A DNA stretch of 63,903 nucleotides, counting the filler, from Polymyxa betae A26-41 (Eukaryota; Protista; Endomyxa: Phytomyxea): assembly GCA_003693705.1 (NCBI GenBank). It is 6 parts of 6 records of this genome, joined end to end, with 100 filler letters (N's around TTAATTAATTAA, not from the genome) between each part and the next. Parts side by side here need not be neighbours in the genome. Positions count along the whole stretch, not along the records: positions 1 to 18,789 come from RBZT01000246.1; positions 18,890 to 31,065 come from RBZT01000735.1; 4 more parts are not named here. The stretch is one strand, 5' to 3'. Below, in pieces: positions 11,847 to 24,209 of this stretch (position 1 is the first letter of the stretch; each line of letters begins with the position of its first letter). A model generated the notes under the pieces. That model was not told the origin of the DNA and did no database searches. It saw nothing but the letters and a program-made list of their open reading frames with translations. The translations under genes and the position numbers were made by a program.

Positions 11847-13579
11847 TTAGGACTTAAAAGCGACCGGTTTCGTGGATTTCTGCGCCAACTTCTGATATTC
11901 CTCCGTTTGTTTGAACAGCCGATAGCTATCCTGTTGTACGAGCCGCATAATTTCTATGGAAATCAGAATGTTTCGCAATCACGAATGGGCCAACAACCTA
12001 CCCTGATACAGCAGATGCAGCAGGCGAAGTTTCATCTCGGTGTCCGCATCGGAGATGGTCGCCGCGGTTTCGGACTTTCGGACCGGCACCGAGACGAACT
12101 CCGCCGAATTCAGCTGTTTGCCTTCGGTAACCGCACGGAATTGGGCCTAAACCGCTTCAGGTAACATGACAATATGTTGCGTATGCGCACTTTTAACTGC
12201 GAATTGATATTGACTTCGTTCGGACTTCCATCTTTGATAAACGTATCGTAAATGTTCATGAAATGTTCCGCGACGCGTTCCGGATTTTGTTCTCGTTTTT
12301 TTGCGTGTAACTGCTCCCAACAGAGCAGAATTTCCACGGAAAACTCCAAAGTCAGAAACTTCTTCATCGCCGCGAATCCATCCGGATGCTGCAGCAGCTC
12401 CGAGAATCCCGTCTCCGGAGAGAGCGGCGCGGCCTGTCGCTGTTGACGATCGGCGACGGATTGCAGCGTCGTCAGCTCCATCGTCGTGTTCATTGTCGTC
12501 GCTCTGGTCAGCTCGGTCTCCTGCGCCATCTGATACGATTTACAGATCGGATACCACGATTGAATCATCAGCTGGATCATCGATGAAAGCAGAACGAGAA
12601 TCTGCAGGGTTTGTTGCGACGCCAAATAGGCGACTTCGAAAATCACGAGAGCGTTCGTGACGAGAATTACAGCTCCTAATGCTGTTAGCTCTTTGACGAC
12701 GAAGAAACCGTCTTGAATATCGCGAAGCTTCCAGGTCATGAGGGCGATCGCCAGACAGAACGTTATCAGCATCACCGAATCCCATTCGAGGACAGCACCA
12801 GCGAAGATGCATCCGGGATTAGAGAGCGCCAGGATCGTTTGTATCAGGAGCAGGATTGTGAACAAAACGAGGCTGAATCGCCAGAGATTTCGTGATGAAG
12901 CCAGCCATGGATTTCGCAGTATCCAGGAGCTCAGATTACCGTTGAGACTGGCGTTGGTTAAATGTGACGCTAAGAAGAGCCGCCAAAATCGGGCCATCAC
13001 CAATATGTACATAGCCAGAGATGGAGCCTCTAATACAAGATTTCATGAATAATAAAAAAGTTTGAAAGTTTTTTTAACTAGATTGAATGAATTATAGAAA
13101 AGTCTGAAAGTTTTTTAAACTAGATTTAATGAATAATATAAAAAGTTTTAAAGTTTTAAACTAGCTTTTTGATAATAATAAAAGTTTGAAAAGCTTGAGC
13201 GAAGCTAGATGAATAGTAGAAAAAAAATTGACAGTTTTTTGCAAAGTTTTGTTATGTGTGAGACATACGAGCGAGCAACCTGTGAATTCAGGGATCTGAA
13301 GGTCTAGTAATATAGGAGGAGCCCGTGAGATTTGCGATGTAATGAATGCAAATAAGGGCGACCTGTGCGTGTGAAACCCTAGAACCCTAAATGTCGAGAA
13401 GATCTTACCAGATGATACGGATCGCGACATCGTAACGGTTGCAGATGGCGTCGTCGCAGCACCATCGTTATGGACGCCTCCACGATTACACTGTACAGAC
13501 CCATCAGCGGGATATTGGGGTCCAGGACTGGGGTGATGGGGCCCGAACGATGGTCTGGCTGCTGCTCAGGGTGCTCCAT
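11847..13579 (-). pseudogene. Multi-TM (7TM-type) RGS protein, paralog 1; five exons; one in-frame TGA at 13288-13290
   Basis: TM region with RRRHLQPLRCRDP and LRDIQDGFFVVKEL; RGS box MKKFLTLEFSVEILLCW...FIKDGSPNEVNI...EIMRLVQQDSYRLF across GT-AG introns; exon 2 reads ...PSDP*IHRLLA. Confidence 0.85.
13035..13200. repeat. ~38-41-bp AT-rich tandem repeat in intron 2 of RGS paralog 1
   Basis: About 4 copies of TAGATTTAATGAATAATA..AAAAGTTTGAAAGTTTTT(A)AAC. Confidence 0.8.
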
Positions 13580-13983
13580 ATTACTTGAGGGATGTCGTGA
13601 ATGAGATTTAGTATCGATGGATAGATAGATATTACACCACGTGCAGACACTCTGGCAAGATATTTGGAAACCCTAAAACCCTAACCCTTTTTCATTTGAT
13701 CGCAACCCTCTATCACATTGTGTTTTCGTATCGCAAACAGCAGTATCAGTTTGGGTTTTAGGTGAATAAATCCTGTTTATTGATATCCTTTATCAATAGC
13801 CCTAGATCGGGCAATGACTGAATTTGAGCCAGTACGACCCCGGAGTCCTGAAGCGGTGCGTGGCTGGTCGTACCTGTGGAAGTTGAACGATGCTATGAAC
13901 GCATTCCATCGTATGTAGGTGCGTTGAGCTTCAAAACAGCGCGAGCGCGTTTTCCAAAATACAATCAATGACTGTGTAGGGTT

Positions 13984-15779
13984 TTAGGGTTTCTCTGCGG
14001 GCAGCACAGTCACGAACGTATGTGCATCTTGAATTAGGTCTTGATACATGCCACTATGTTGAAATCGCCTATAAGACCGCATCATACAAAACAGCCCTGA
14101 TATTGTGATATGTCCGCTATACCTGAAACTGTCATCTTGCATGAGCCTTATGACGTCTAAGGTGCCATATCAATCGGGGTAGTACGACCATGGCGTCATA
14201 TTACCATAATAGAGCTGATTCAGTAGCCGTAGTTTGATGTCGTTATCAGGATCCTTCTCATCCATCATCATGGACATCGCCGAATGCTGATTTTCGAGGA
14301 CTGATGGATTTAGACGTCTGTTATGGATCACATCGTGAAAGAAGCCCTGAAATGCCTTTCAGTAAATCGATTTCCGACAAAATCCAAAACAAAAAGTTAA
14401 TATGGACGCAAAGGAGAAAGTTCCAAATTGAATGAGAGAGCGCCAGAACTCATATTTAGTAAAACATTACTTACTCGAAGTTCCGAGCTGATGTTAAGTT
14501 TATTGGGACTCCCATCACGAATAAAATCCCAATAAATGTCGTGGAAATTTTGCGCAACTTTCTCCGGTTGCCGCTCTCGTCTCTGCGTATGCAGCTGATG
14601 CCAACACAGCAAATTTTCCACGGAAAACTCCAACGTGAGAAACTCCCTCAAGACCACGAACCCTCTCGGGTCCTTCAGAATATCCACGAACTCGGACTGC
14701 CTCGTTAAAGGCCGTATCGTCGGCCTTTGCCACGGAATCCGTGACGGCTTTACCTCCGACATTTGAATTGAGCGGAAATCATTGTCCGATTCCACATCCA
14801 TCTGATACGATTTCCATAACGGATACCACATTTGTATGACAAACTCCGTGAACGCCGAAAACATAATCACGAACTGCACCGATTCGGGCTGCGAGCCGCT
14901 CCCGATCGAGAAGATGATGAAAGTCTGCGTGACGATGATACAGAGGCCGAGCATTTTCAACTCACTGGTCACGAAAAGCCCGTCACGGATTTTACGCACT
15001 TTCCATGTGAGCCAGGCGATGCAAAAGTACCACGTCACCAGTACGGCCGTGGCGAAATAGAACGCGTTCATGGACCAGACGCAGCCCGGCGTCGATAACG
15101 AGACGGCGAACGACATGGCGCCCATCACGAGACAGGCGACGAGCGATCCGCGCCAGATATTGCGGGACGAGCTCAGACCCGGGTGCAGGAGAATCCAGGT
15201 CGGCTGTTCCGACAGTCGCGCTTGGGTCAGGTACGACGCCATCATCAGTTTCCAGAATCGAGCGACCAGCATGACGCAGGCCGCCATCCAAGTCGTCTCT
15301 AAATCAAACAGGTTTCGGAACAAATTTTTTTTAAAAAGTTTCCCAAAAAAAAACTTTTTTTGTAGAAAATTTAACATTCGGAGAAAGGTAAGAACGATGC
15401 AGTTCGCGTCTCTAAATGAAATCTCTGAGAAGTCGACAAAAAGGTTTTGGAACTTTTTTTCAAAAGTTTCCGAGCCAATAAAGTTTTTTTGTAAGTATTT
15501 GAGCATACGGATAAAGACAAGAGCGATGCAGTTGGTGATGCTGGCCCTAACCAGTGTGGAGGTGGCAAAACTCGAAACGTATTGCATTAAGGTCGTAGCG
15601 ACCTGGTAATGGCGGTTAAGAGCTGTTGAATGGCCATAGAAAAATGTTACCAGCATCTTGGCATCTCGGAACTTCAGCGGCTGTAGATGATGCCGTCGTA
15701 GTACAAGGACAATGGTGCCGGCTAGAAGGAGTCCGTAGGCCGCCATACAGCCAAGAAACACAATATCGGCATCTTCCAT
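13984..15779 (-). CDS. Multi-TM (7TM-type) RGS protein, paralog 2; six exons; apparently intact
   Basis: RRHHLQPLKFRD, KIRDGLFVTSEL, LREFLTLEFSVENLLCW, FIRDGSPNKLNIS. Spliced 3' exons give KLRLLNQLYYDVIRLMQDDSFRRFQHSGMY...EKP*. Four intron positions are shared with paralog 1. Confidence 0.9.
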
Positions 15780-17479
15780 AACCGCGAAATTAACAAAAGG
15801 AACCGCTCGCCACCTTCCACGAGTAAGGGTACCCTATGATCGATAAGATCGTCTGGAAGCCAAAGATATCCGATGCTGCTGTATTTGAGGGTTTGCTGTT
15901 ATTGCTGGTTGGGCTGAGGAAAGGAATTCAGCTCTGTTTGTAAGTTCCTGTGCCAGGGTTAGGGTTTTGTAACTGAAATCACTCGCTTGTTACCCTACAA
16001 GCAGTGTTGTTCGAGATCATGATTCGTAACAGCAACATGTCATAGAGAGTCTGTTGTGCTTAGCGGTAATGATGCTGCCTGCGTTGAAAATGCGCATTCT
16101 GTGTGAAGAAGGAATGTAGAAGATTTTAATCGAGCCAAATAGCAATGCGAGATCGCCGGTCTACAAACGGCCCCGAACCGGTCATACCCATGGCCGAGCC
16201 CACAATAAAATGATGAAAACAAAGGCGATTTTATATCCAGAACAAAGAACTTTATCTCCAAACTGAGCGCTATCATTTTGATAGGGCTTCATCACGCCAC
16301 AAAACCGCCTATTGAAAATGAAACGTAACAAACTTCGATACAGAATTGTTTGATACAGAATAGGGAACTAGAAAGCTGACAAAGACGAATGGCCAATCTC
16401 ATATGATAGAGGATGGGAGGCCATCAGCTGATTAAAACATTGTTACGGGGGGGATAAGGCTCAACACTCTGTACAATTGGGCCAGCTAATGCCGGCCCTT
16501 CAAGACCGCTGGGCTGAAACTCGGCGATATTCTCAGGACTTTTCCGAAAAAGTTTTATAAGCTCATGATCGAATGCGACTTGTTCGAGACCAGACCGCGG
16601 GCGGACCCCGTGATACATTCGTTTGCTTGAAGAGGGTTCCGGCTCGGCTCGCTACTATCTGCAGACAATGTTGCAGCCATCGATCATCAATATCTCGGTC
16701 GGTTTGATGGTTCTTTACGCATTCAGCATTGGTGATGCGAATGGCGAACCCAGCCGTACCTTCCCTCTTCACGACATTGACTTCTCTCCGTCGGATCCTC
16801 GTACGTCTGCCGTCTCAACATCTTCAAATCTTCCATATTCACATCGCTTCTATAGATCGCGATTTCAACTTCTTGGCGTATAACAAATTTTCTTCTTGAA
16901 ACAGCCCAAGACGATTTGCAAAACAGGTTCCATTCATTCGGATTTTCATCACGAATTTCTTTGCAGGCAGACTGTGTTTTTGTTGAAAAGTTTCACCGGT
17001 TATGTAGTTACTTTGTGCTCAGGAACTTGGTCGATTCTGGGGCCTGGAATTGGCCATGACGTTTCAACCATTTATTACATATCCGTTATGGACTGGACGA
17101 AGAAGACCAGCACAGGCTGTGATCGTGACCACTTCTGTCAAATTTCATATATAATCTGTATAATTGCTTGTAAGATCTCCGTGAATAAACATGATTTCTA
17201 TCTCACTGAAAACGACACGATTTGGAAAGCGCAGCCCGCCCAACGACTTTAGCTGTGATGGTGCTTTCCTCTTTGAAAAAAAAACCGGCTGCATTATTAT
17301 GATCATTACTGGAGGAAAATCTGTTCCTTCACTTTTTTATAGTTTCTGATGGTTTTTCATTTTTTTATTCATTTTTATTTTTGACTGGAATACCATCGGC
17401 TCTGGCGCTTGGTTGGAGAAGAAATCTGCTCATGCAATAAACCGCCTATTAAAGTTCGGTCTGTTGTAATCTTCTTTGA

Positions 17480-18390
17480 CTGCCTAAATGGGGGCATTCT
17501 GTGTAAAAACCGTCAACTGTGAGACTTTGAAAGATCTTGTCAGCGAGCACAGATTCGAAACCCAGAATAAGCACTCAGAGCGACGCCAACGGGAATCACA
17601 AAACCATCGAACATTTGACCTGGATGAGAGCGAACCCATGCACAGTGAGTAGCGCGATCGGCATGCAGGATCCAATACTCACGGCCATAGTTAAAACTGA
17701 GGTCTGTATAACGACGAGATAAACGACAACGATTACGTTGATGGGGCTGGTGACTAATGAGTCCAACGACACTAATTGAGCGCTCGTGATATTCCGCTTT
17801 GATGATGAATCGATGGAAACTTGTGACATCTTAATTCCAATATGCACAAGGGCTGCTATTGACTAGAAGATAAAGAGAAAAATCCATCGATTGAAGATCG
17901 CCCGTTCACAGAACGATCCGATCTCGTCAAGGGAAATTCTTCGCATCATCCATTGTACGCAGAGATACATTAAGAACATCCAAGCCGCTGTCTCAGAAAA
18001 ATCCCTTAAATACAGAGACAGAATGCCATCGATGTTGTAATGAGCGGTATGATATGGAGATCATAACGTCTTGGTACATAAAACCGCATAGCAATCAAGA
18101 CGGCATTGACTTTCCCTAATGAAAACGCCGCAATTAGAAAGACAGACGTTTTGTTTTTGAGCAGCAACGAAATGAAGTAGAAAAAATTAGAGCATGATAG
18201 CTGATGGTGGCCAGATATTCAATAATTGCAATTGATCGAGCGGAATTCCAATCCACGGATGTGCACATCTTTGATGTCGAAAGTGTAACCAGGTCATTGT
18301 TCGAACAACCCGACAGGAAGACAGATACGGGGGTGAGGTAGGAAACGAAGGCTAAACAGCTAGACCGGGTTGCTGTCGTTTTCACAGAAT
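17480..18390 (-). pseudogene. Degenerate multi-pass membrane protein remnant
   Basis: Several hydrophobic stretches (e.g. PINVIVVVYLVVIQTSVLTMAVSIGSC) broken by stops; family not recognised. Confidence 0.25.
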
Positions 18391-18789
18391 GGGGTAGATT
18401 GGGTCGAAGCTATTATTAAACCACGGCCTATAAAAGACTTGGAAAACATTTCTTTTTGAAGTTATCAAAACAAGATAATTTTTTTCAATTTGATACATTT
18501 TATTTAAATAAAAAGTATAAATATCACCGGACTGAGCAAGGAGAATCCAAATCTCTTGTTGATGGCTGATATGATACATGTCGTGCACTGTCCAATTTTT
18601 GATCCTAACCCTAAAACCCTAAACCCTCACGAACACGATCACGACCTACTAAGTGATTCCTTATGGGGTATGATCCGGTCGAAATCGGCATGGGTTGTTG
18701 GGGTGGCCCTTATGCTTTGTTGGTGGTCGCGATAATCTCGTATTTCTCATGAGCAACGTCGACGGGATCTTCCCAACAACGTACTGCCT

Positions 18790-18889
18790 NNNNNNNNNNN
18801 NNNNNNNNNNNNNNNNNNNNNNNNNNNNNNNNNTTAATTAATTAANNNNNNNNNNNNNNNNNNNNNNNNNNNNNNNNNNNNNNNNNNNN
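18790..18889. other. Assembly linker (N44-TTAATTAATTAA-N44)
   Basis: Artificial 100-nt contig spacer with stops in all frames. Confidence 0.97.
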
Positions 18890-18973
18890 CACAATCTGCA
18901 GAACTTCTATCGGTCATCTGTCGCTGCTAGCGCATCTTTCGATGATACAGTCATCAACACTGAATCGGATGAC

Positions 18974-19408
18974 ATGAACATGTTATCTGTAACGTTAACC
19001 GCGTCGGAGGCTGCTCATCGTTCTCTGGAACGGATTATGCAACGTTTAATCCCAACCGGTGAATGTTTTCGTTTCATCGGCTCGGCGATTATTTCCCTGT
19101 CGCGTAATATCCGCCATTTTGTCCGTAGCATGTTCATTCCCCGGCTCTATCTGTTGCTAACTCGCATCATGCTCGGGTTCATACTCTTCGTGTTTCAGGT
19201 CAATGCGTTCTTTATGCAAATGAGTTTTTTCCTTCAGATAATCGCGCAGTTATTCGCCGAACTCGTTCCTGCAGCTGTCGGAATCGCATTCATGTTTCTA
19301 GTCCAGATAATGACAACATTTTACTGGATGTATTTATATCCACTATGTCCTGTTCTTCTAGGAATCTTGTGTTCAATCTGGGCTAGTATCTGTGTTGGAG
19401 TTGACTGA
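18974..19408 (+). CDS. 3' part of a small membrane protein gene; 5' end probably interrupted by the gap
   Basis: Long hydrophobic ORF with 2-3 TM-like stretches, architecturally like the genes at 37-42 kb. Confidence 0.5.
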   Translation: MNMLSVTLTASEAAHRSLERIMQRLIPTGECFRFIGSAIISLSRNIRHFVRSMFIPRLYLLLTRIMLGFILFVFQVNAFFMQMSFFLQIIAQLFAELVPAAVGIAFMFLVQIMTTFYWMYLYPLCPVLLGILCSIWASICVGVD

Positions 19409-20472
19409 CTCCGTGCGATCGCGTGCTATCGATCGTACCGTACTAATGGGGCATGCGACCCTAATAAATAATTAGACATGATGTTAGGCCCCATCTGACG
19501 CATGCTCTCATGGCAGTAGGGCTATCTTGACGCTTCCCCGACGCTGTTACGTTACCAAGTAGAACCCCAAGTTCTTAACAATCTGTTTTATCCAGCGGCT
19601 TATATGGGGCAATTTGAAGGCGATCATCCGAGCCTTGAGAACGGCCCTACAGAATATGCTGCAGTGGAAAGACTAGACCAATTTTCTAAAGTTCACGACC
19701 GTATAAAAATTGTGTCTAGTTTTTTCACAATTTCCACAAAATTCTCTCCTCTCTCAAAAATCGTATAGTTGCTGTAATCGCGTACAAGTTGACTATAAAA
19801 GCAGGCAATTTTATGGTTTTTCTAAATTTTCTGACCAAGGAGCGCGATATTCAAACACATGTACGTTTTTAGGACCATTGCTCCTTGGAGTCTACCTATA
19901 ATTCTAAATATTGAATTCATTCATACTTGATGACGGATTTGAATAATCCCTGACAGAGATATCGGAGTAGATAAATGAGAAGTGAAAAACGGATCTCTTA
20001 AAATCTAATTATCCCTCTCAGTCGCAGTCTCAATGGTAGATATCTGGAACAGAACGCATGGAAGTCGTGGTTTCGAACCCCGTTGTTTTTTCAATTTTGT
20101 TTTAACTGTATTTAACATTTTAAAATGTTTAGACCTTACGGCATAAAACGGCATTGGTCGAGGCCTGAGGACTCACCGATGTAAATAGTTTTCCTTTGAA
20201 ACATCCCCAAATTTGATTCAGAGACGGGCGCGCCTGGGAGGTATTGCCGATTAAAGTCTTGCCTTGTGAGTTTCAAAATCTCAGACTGTTGCTGTTGTGA
20301 TATTTTTTTAGCGGCTTTTCTTTTTTCAGCTGCTGCTTTTCGAGTTGTTGTTTGATGATAAACTTTGACTTAATATGGAGACAGATAGAATTAAAAATAG
20401 AGTTAAGTACAGCTGAATGATCGCCGGGAAATGTGGGAGAGAAGGTATAATAGCCGGATGAAATTTTGTTAA

Positions 20473-21360
20473 GGGTGCGTTTGGATACTCGCAATTTTGC
20501 AAAATTCCGGGGGATATTTTGCAAAATTGCCTATTTTACAAAATAAAAGATGCTGAACGTGTTTGGATGCCTTTCTTGCAAAATCGGGATTTTTGCAAAA
20601 TACCCTTGAATTTTGCAAAATACGATATTCAGCTCGGACCTAAATTTTTGGGCTGCAAATTTAAATATTACCTGCCGTTCGAGATATGGCTTCTGTTTTC
20701 TTCAGGGGTCTTGAGGCTTGCGGCATCGATGACGGTGACGGCAATGCTGCAGACTTTCTTGTCCTAGCAACATGATGGTATGCGGCACAATACCTTTGCA
20801 GGGAGTCATGCTGAACGTCCATCATGACCGGCTGCCTCTAAATGTAGGAATTGCTGTCGCATACTACCATCGAACGGCGCTTCTTGGAGTTCTTCCGAAT
20901 GAATCGTTTCACCTTCCTTCATCTGAAAAATTCATCGTTGCTAAAGGGTGCCTGATGCCATCTCGAGGTATCACTACCTAAGACCACCAGTTGGCTATTT
21001 TCCTGTATGTCGTCGGTCAAAATGCATCCAATAAAAGCTCCCAAAAGCGCTTTCAGCATTCCTGCGAGACTATTAGCGGGTACGTTTGGAATACATCCCT
21101 TTAGTAATAAATATAAACTGAGCAAACATTTCGATGCGGTTGTGAATTCTTTGAAACTGCCCTTCATTTGACACGATTGTCGCAAAGAGAGCTACTGAAA
21201 AAATATTCGATGCGGACTATCAACTTTGTGTTTTTTTATTCATAAACAGTTCATCCAAACGATCTGGAATTTGTCAAAACGTGTTCTTACAATATTTTAC
21301 AACAATATTGCAATAATGGAATTTTGCAAAATTCCGCAGCTCAGATAGCCAAACGCACCC
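20473..21360. mobile_element. Non-autonomous PIF/Harbinger (Tourist-like) element, 888 bp
   Basis: TIRs GGGTGCGTTTGG...CCAAACGCACCC flanked by a TAA target duplication on both sides; subterminal TTTTGCAAAA palindromes at both ends; no intact ORF. Confidence 0.9.
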
Positions 21361-22825
21361 TAAGAAATTAGATAGAGATGTTTTTAAAGAAGGCAAAATA
21401 GCCATTCTTGAATCTCGTAGGCGATCCGTTTTCTGTCTTGCTTTTTCAAATTCATAGTCGATCATGAAATTAAGTTGAAAAGCCGAAGAAGCTTCAGAAG
21501 AATTCTTTAGAATTTTATCCAATACAGTTTGTAGTTTGTATATGTTTGCACTTGTCCGGTAATGTACTTGAATTTTTTGCAGCCGTTAATTCAGATGTTA
21601 AAAGCTCTACATTTTCAATCGAGAAAGAAAGAGAGGTGAAAGAATGAGCATGTTTGTAGAAAATCTGAAAAACGGCGGGAAATGCGAGCCAGGGAAGAGT
21701 GGTGATAAAATCATTTGTGATGATTAGTTCCCTTAGAGCGGCAGTGGTAATTTCAGAAGTTTAATAACGAAAAGGAGCCTGATGGGCCTGTTAAGATCTG
21801 GGATACGGTTAACCTATCTGAAATCAGCCTAAAGCTAACCCATTCTGCCTAGTTTAGGCTTCTTCGAGCGCTGAGACAGTAATCCTGCTCTCAGGTGATA
21901 CCAAAGATAGCGGACGGAACTGGATTTGGTTTATTAAGCAATCGTACGGTTGCGGTTGTTTAGAAGATAGTTTGGAGGTACTCGGTTTATTACGGTGAGA
22001 TGATAGATCGAGAACAGAGATCGACCACGTTTTGGTTCTTCTTGAACGCGATAAAGATCTTGAGTTTGAAAATTCTCCAGAGCTGAAGTTAGTTGCATTT
22101 ATTTGGAGTAGAAGGTGGTTTCAATAGTAAGGAATGATAAGGATCGAGTATGAGCGATATTTCCAAGCTAGGATGCAGGCAGGCAGCACTCTCCTTGAGG
22201 ATACCGAGATAGTCGGCACTGTTGCCGCTGAAGACGAATCGGACAACTTGGAATGAACCATCAACTTGTGAGAATTTAGTGGACGGTGATGTATGATGAA
22301 CTCAAACAGCTTTGAGAGTTGATGTCTGGGTATCGGGATCAAAAGGACTTTCTGATCCACAGTTTGGTGCTGGGGTTGTACCGTAGCTGTCACCTATACT
22401 CGACAATTTCAGATAGGGTTGCAAAATTACCCCTAAGGATCCATGGCGGAATGCCACTGTCCATCCGGGTCTATCTCCCTTTCGCTTAGCCAACGAAATA
22501 ACAAATGGCACCGATTAAGAGAGAGACGCCACCGCATTAAATAGATTTCCGTCAATTTATAGCCTGAGGATGGATTCGATCACAGTTTTGCCGCTTTCAC
22601 TATGAATAACTGTATATTGATGGCCCTATACATTCTAGAAGTTCATATTTTGAATCAGGGTCCCTCTGGGGGTGTCAACCACCCTCCCAAAACCCTAGAA
22701 CCTCTGCCTGGCGACCTACCCAATCGGTTCATCCGGTGACTGTCTACAAGCTGTCCGACTGTATACAATGACCAATTCCGCATCCGTTAATAAACACGCA
22801 CAATTTACAACAGTCTTTTAGTCCG

Positions 22826-24209
22826 ATGAATATTGTTATCGTCATCGCTGCTCTCCTGTCCGCGACGGTATCCGCCGTCCAGTACGACCCGGAACCCAGC
22901 CATGGTCCTGCCGACGAGATCCACCTCGAAACGGGTTCCAGCTTCGGGGCGACGGCCATCGCGGCCGCCGCCGTACCGGCCCCGTCGTCCGGCGGATCGC
23001 TGAATCGTGATCTGGAGCTGGAGCTCGTCATTGAGCACGCCCAGTTCGGCCTGAAGCTGGCGTCGAGACTCGCCAAGGTCAGCGACAAAAGCTACGGCGA
23101 TGTGCGGCGCCGAGCTCGCGATGTGTGGCTGCATGAAGTCCGAAGGCGGTCTTCGGACAGCGACCTGTTGACGGCCTTGCTGCGGATGTCCGCGGATCCG
23201 TCCGCCGATCTGTCCGTTATCTTCACCGACGACGTTGCAGCCCTATTCTTGAGCCGTCTGCAGATGGCGGCGCGATATTCGGCGGGCGCCGTCCTGCGTC
23301 TGTTCAAGAGGAGCGGAATCGGGCGGATTCCGTCCGTGGGCCGATTGATTCCCGGCTGGGTCGTGACCATCCTCCGTCCCGTTTGGGATAAGCAAGAAGA
23401 GCGCCTTCTCCGACAGATTCTGGGCGAAATCGTGCAGCTGGTTCCTGCGGACTGCGGCGCTATAGCCACGGACTCGATTCCTGATGATATTCTCCAAGTA
23501 GTTAAGAAAGATATTAACGATGCATCCGATTGTAGCTTGTCTTCCGGGAGATTTTGCGAAAGTCCGAGCGGCTTCTCGCATTTGGAAGACGATGGAGATT
23601 TCCGAGATTATCGCAGCTCGATATATTCGATTACGCCCCGATCTCATCAAGACGTTGTTCTTTCTCGGATTCCCCTTCACGCTGTCGAGTTTGAAACTCG
23701 CCGAGTTCCCGCTCCCCGAACTCCTGTCCATCCTGCCTTTCGTTACCTGTACGGGCTACGCCCTCGAATCGCAGATGGCGAAACTCGTTGCGCTCGGACG
23801 CCTCGATGTGCTCACCGCCATCATGGAGTGCGAGGATTTCCGATTCGGCGAGTGCGGCGAAATCCAACGAATCCTGCGGAAGCTGATCGACCTGGGCCAG
23901 CACGCCCATCTGCGCATTCTGCTGCGGACGCGGCTCGAGGACGGCCTGCTGCCCTTAGTCGCCTCGCAGATCTTTCCCAGCCCGATTCTGCACCATGCCG
24001 TATGCTCCGGCAGTATCGCCGTCGTTCGTGAGCTGCTGTCGATGGAAGGACTCGATTTGAACGTTCGCGATTATCATCAACGCACGGCCCGTTCGTATGC
24101 CGAGGAAGGTTCGGAAATCGCCAGCTTATTGGATGGTCCGTTTACAGTACTGCCTGTTCCAAGGCCGGAACGGGTTTCTAGACGGAGGTTCGGGCTTTGG
24201 TGGGTATGA
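22826..24209 (+). CDS. Secreted F-box-like/ankyrin protein (family member 2), with a +1 frameshift near 23502-23600
   Basis: Signal peptide; LNRDLELELVIEH...RLAKVSDKSY; IPDDIL. The second frame continues RPDLIKTLFFLGFPF and ends with ankyrin repeats PILHHAVCSGSIAVVRELL...LNVRDYHQRTARSYA. Confidence 0.8.

Noticed and set aside
19482-19580. TGTTA...TAACA-bounded solo-LTR-like segment
   Set aside because: Only ~100 bp, with no TSD or second copy.
20020-20092. A/B-box-like tRNA or SINE sequence (CAATGGTAG...GGTTTCGAACCC then a T-run)
   Set aside because: No convincing cloverleaf and only one copy here, so it cannot be supported.
23600-24031. Arg/Pro-rich C-terminus of the 401-aa ORF
   Set aside because: Out-of-frame read-through; the family motif and ankyrin repeats are in the +1 frame.
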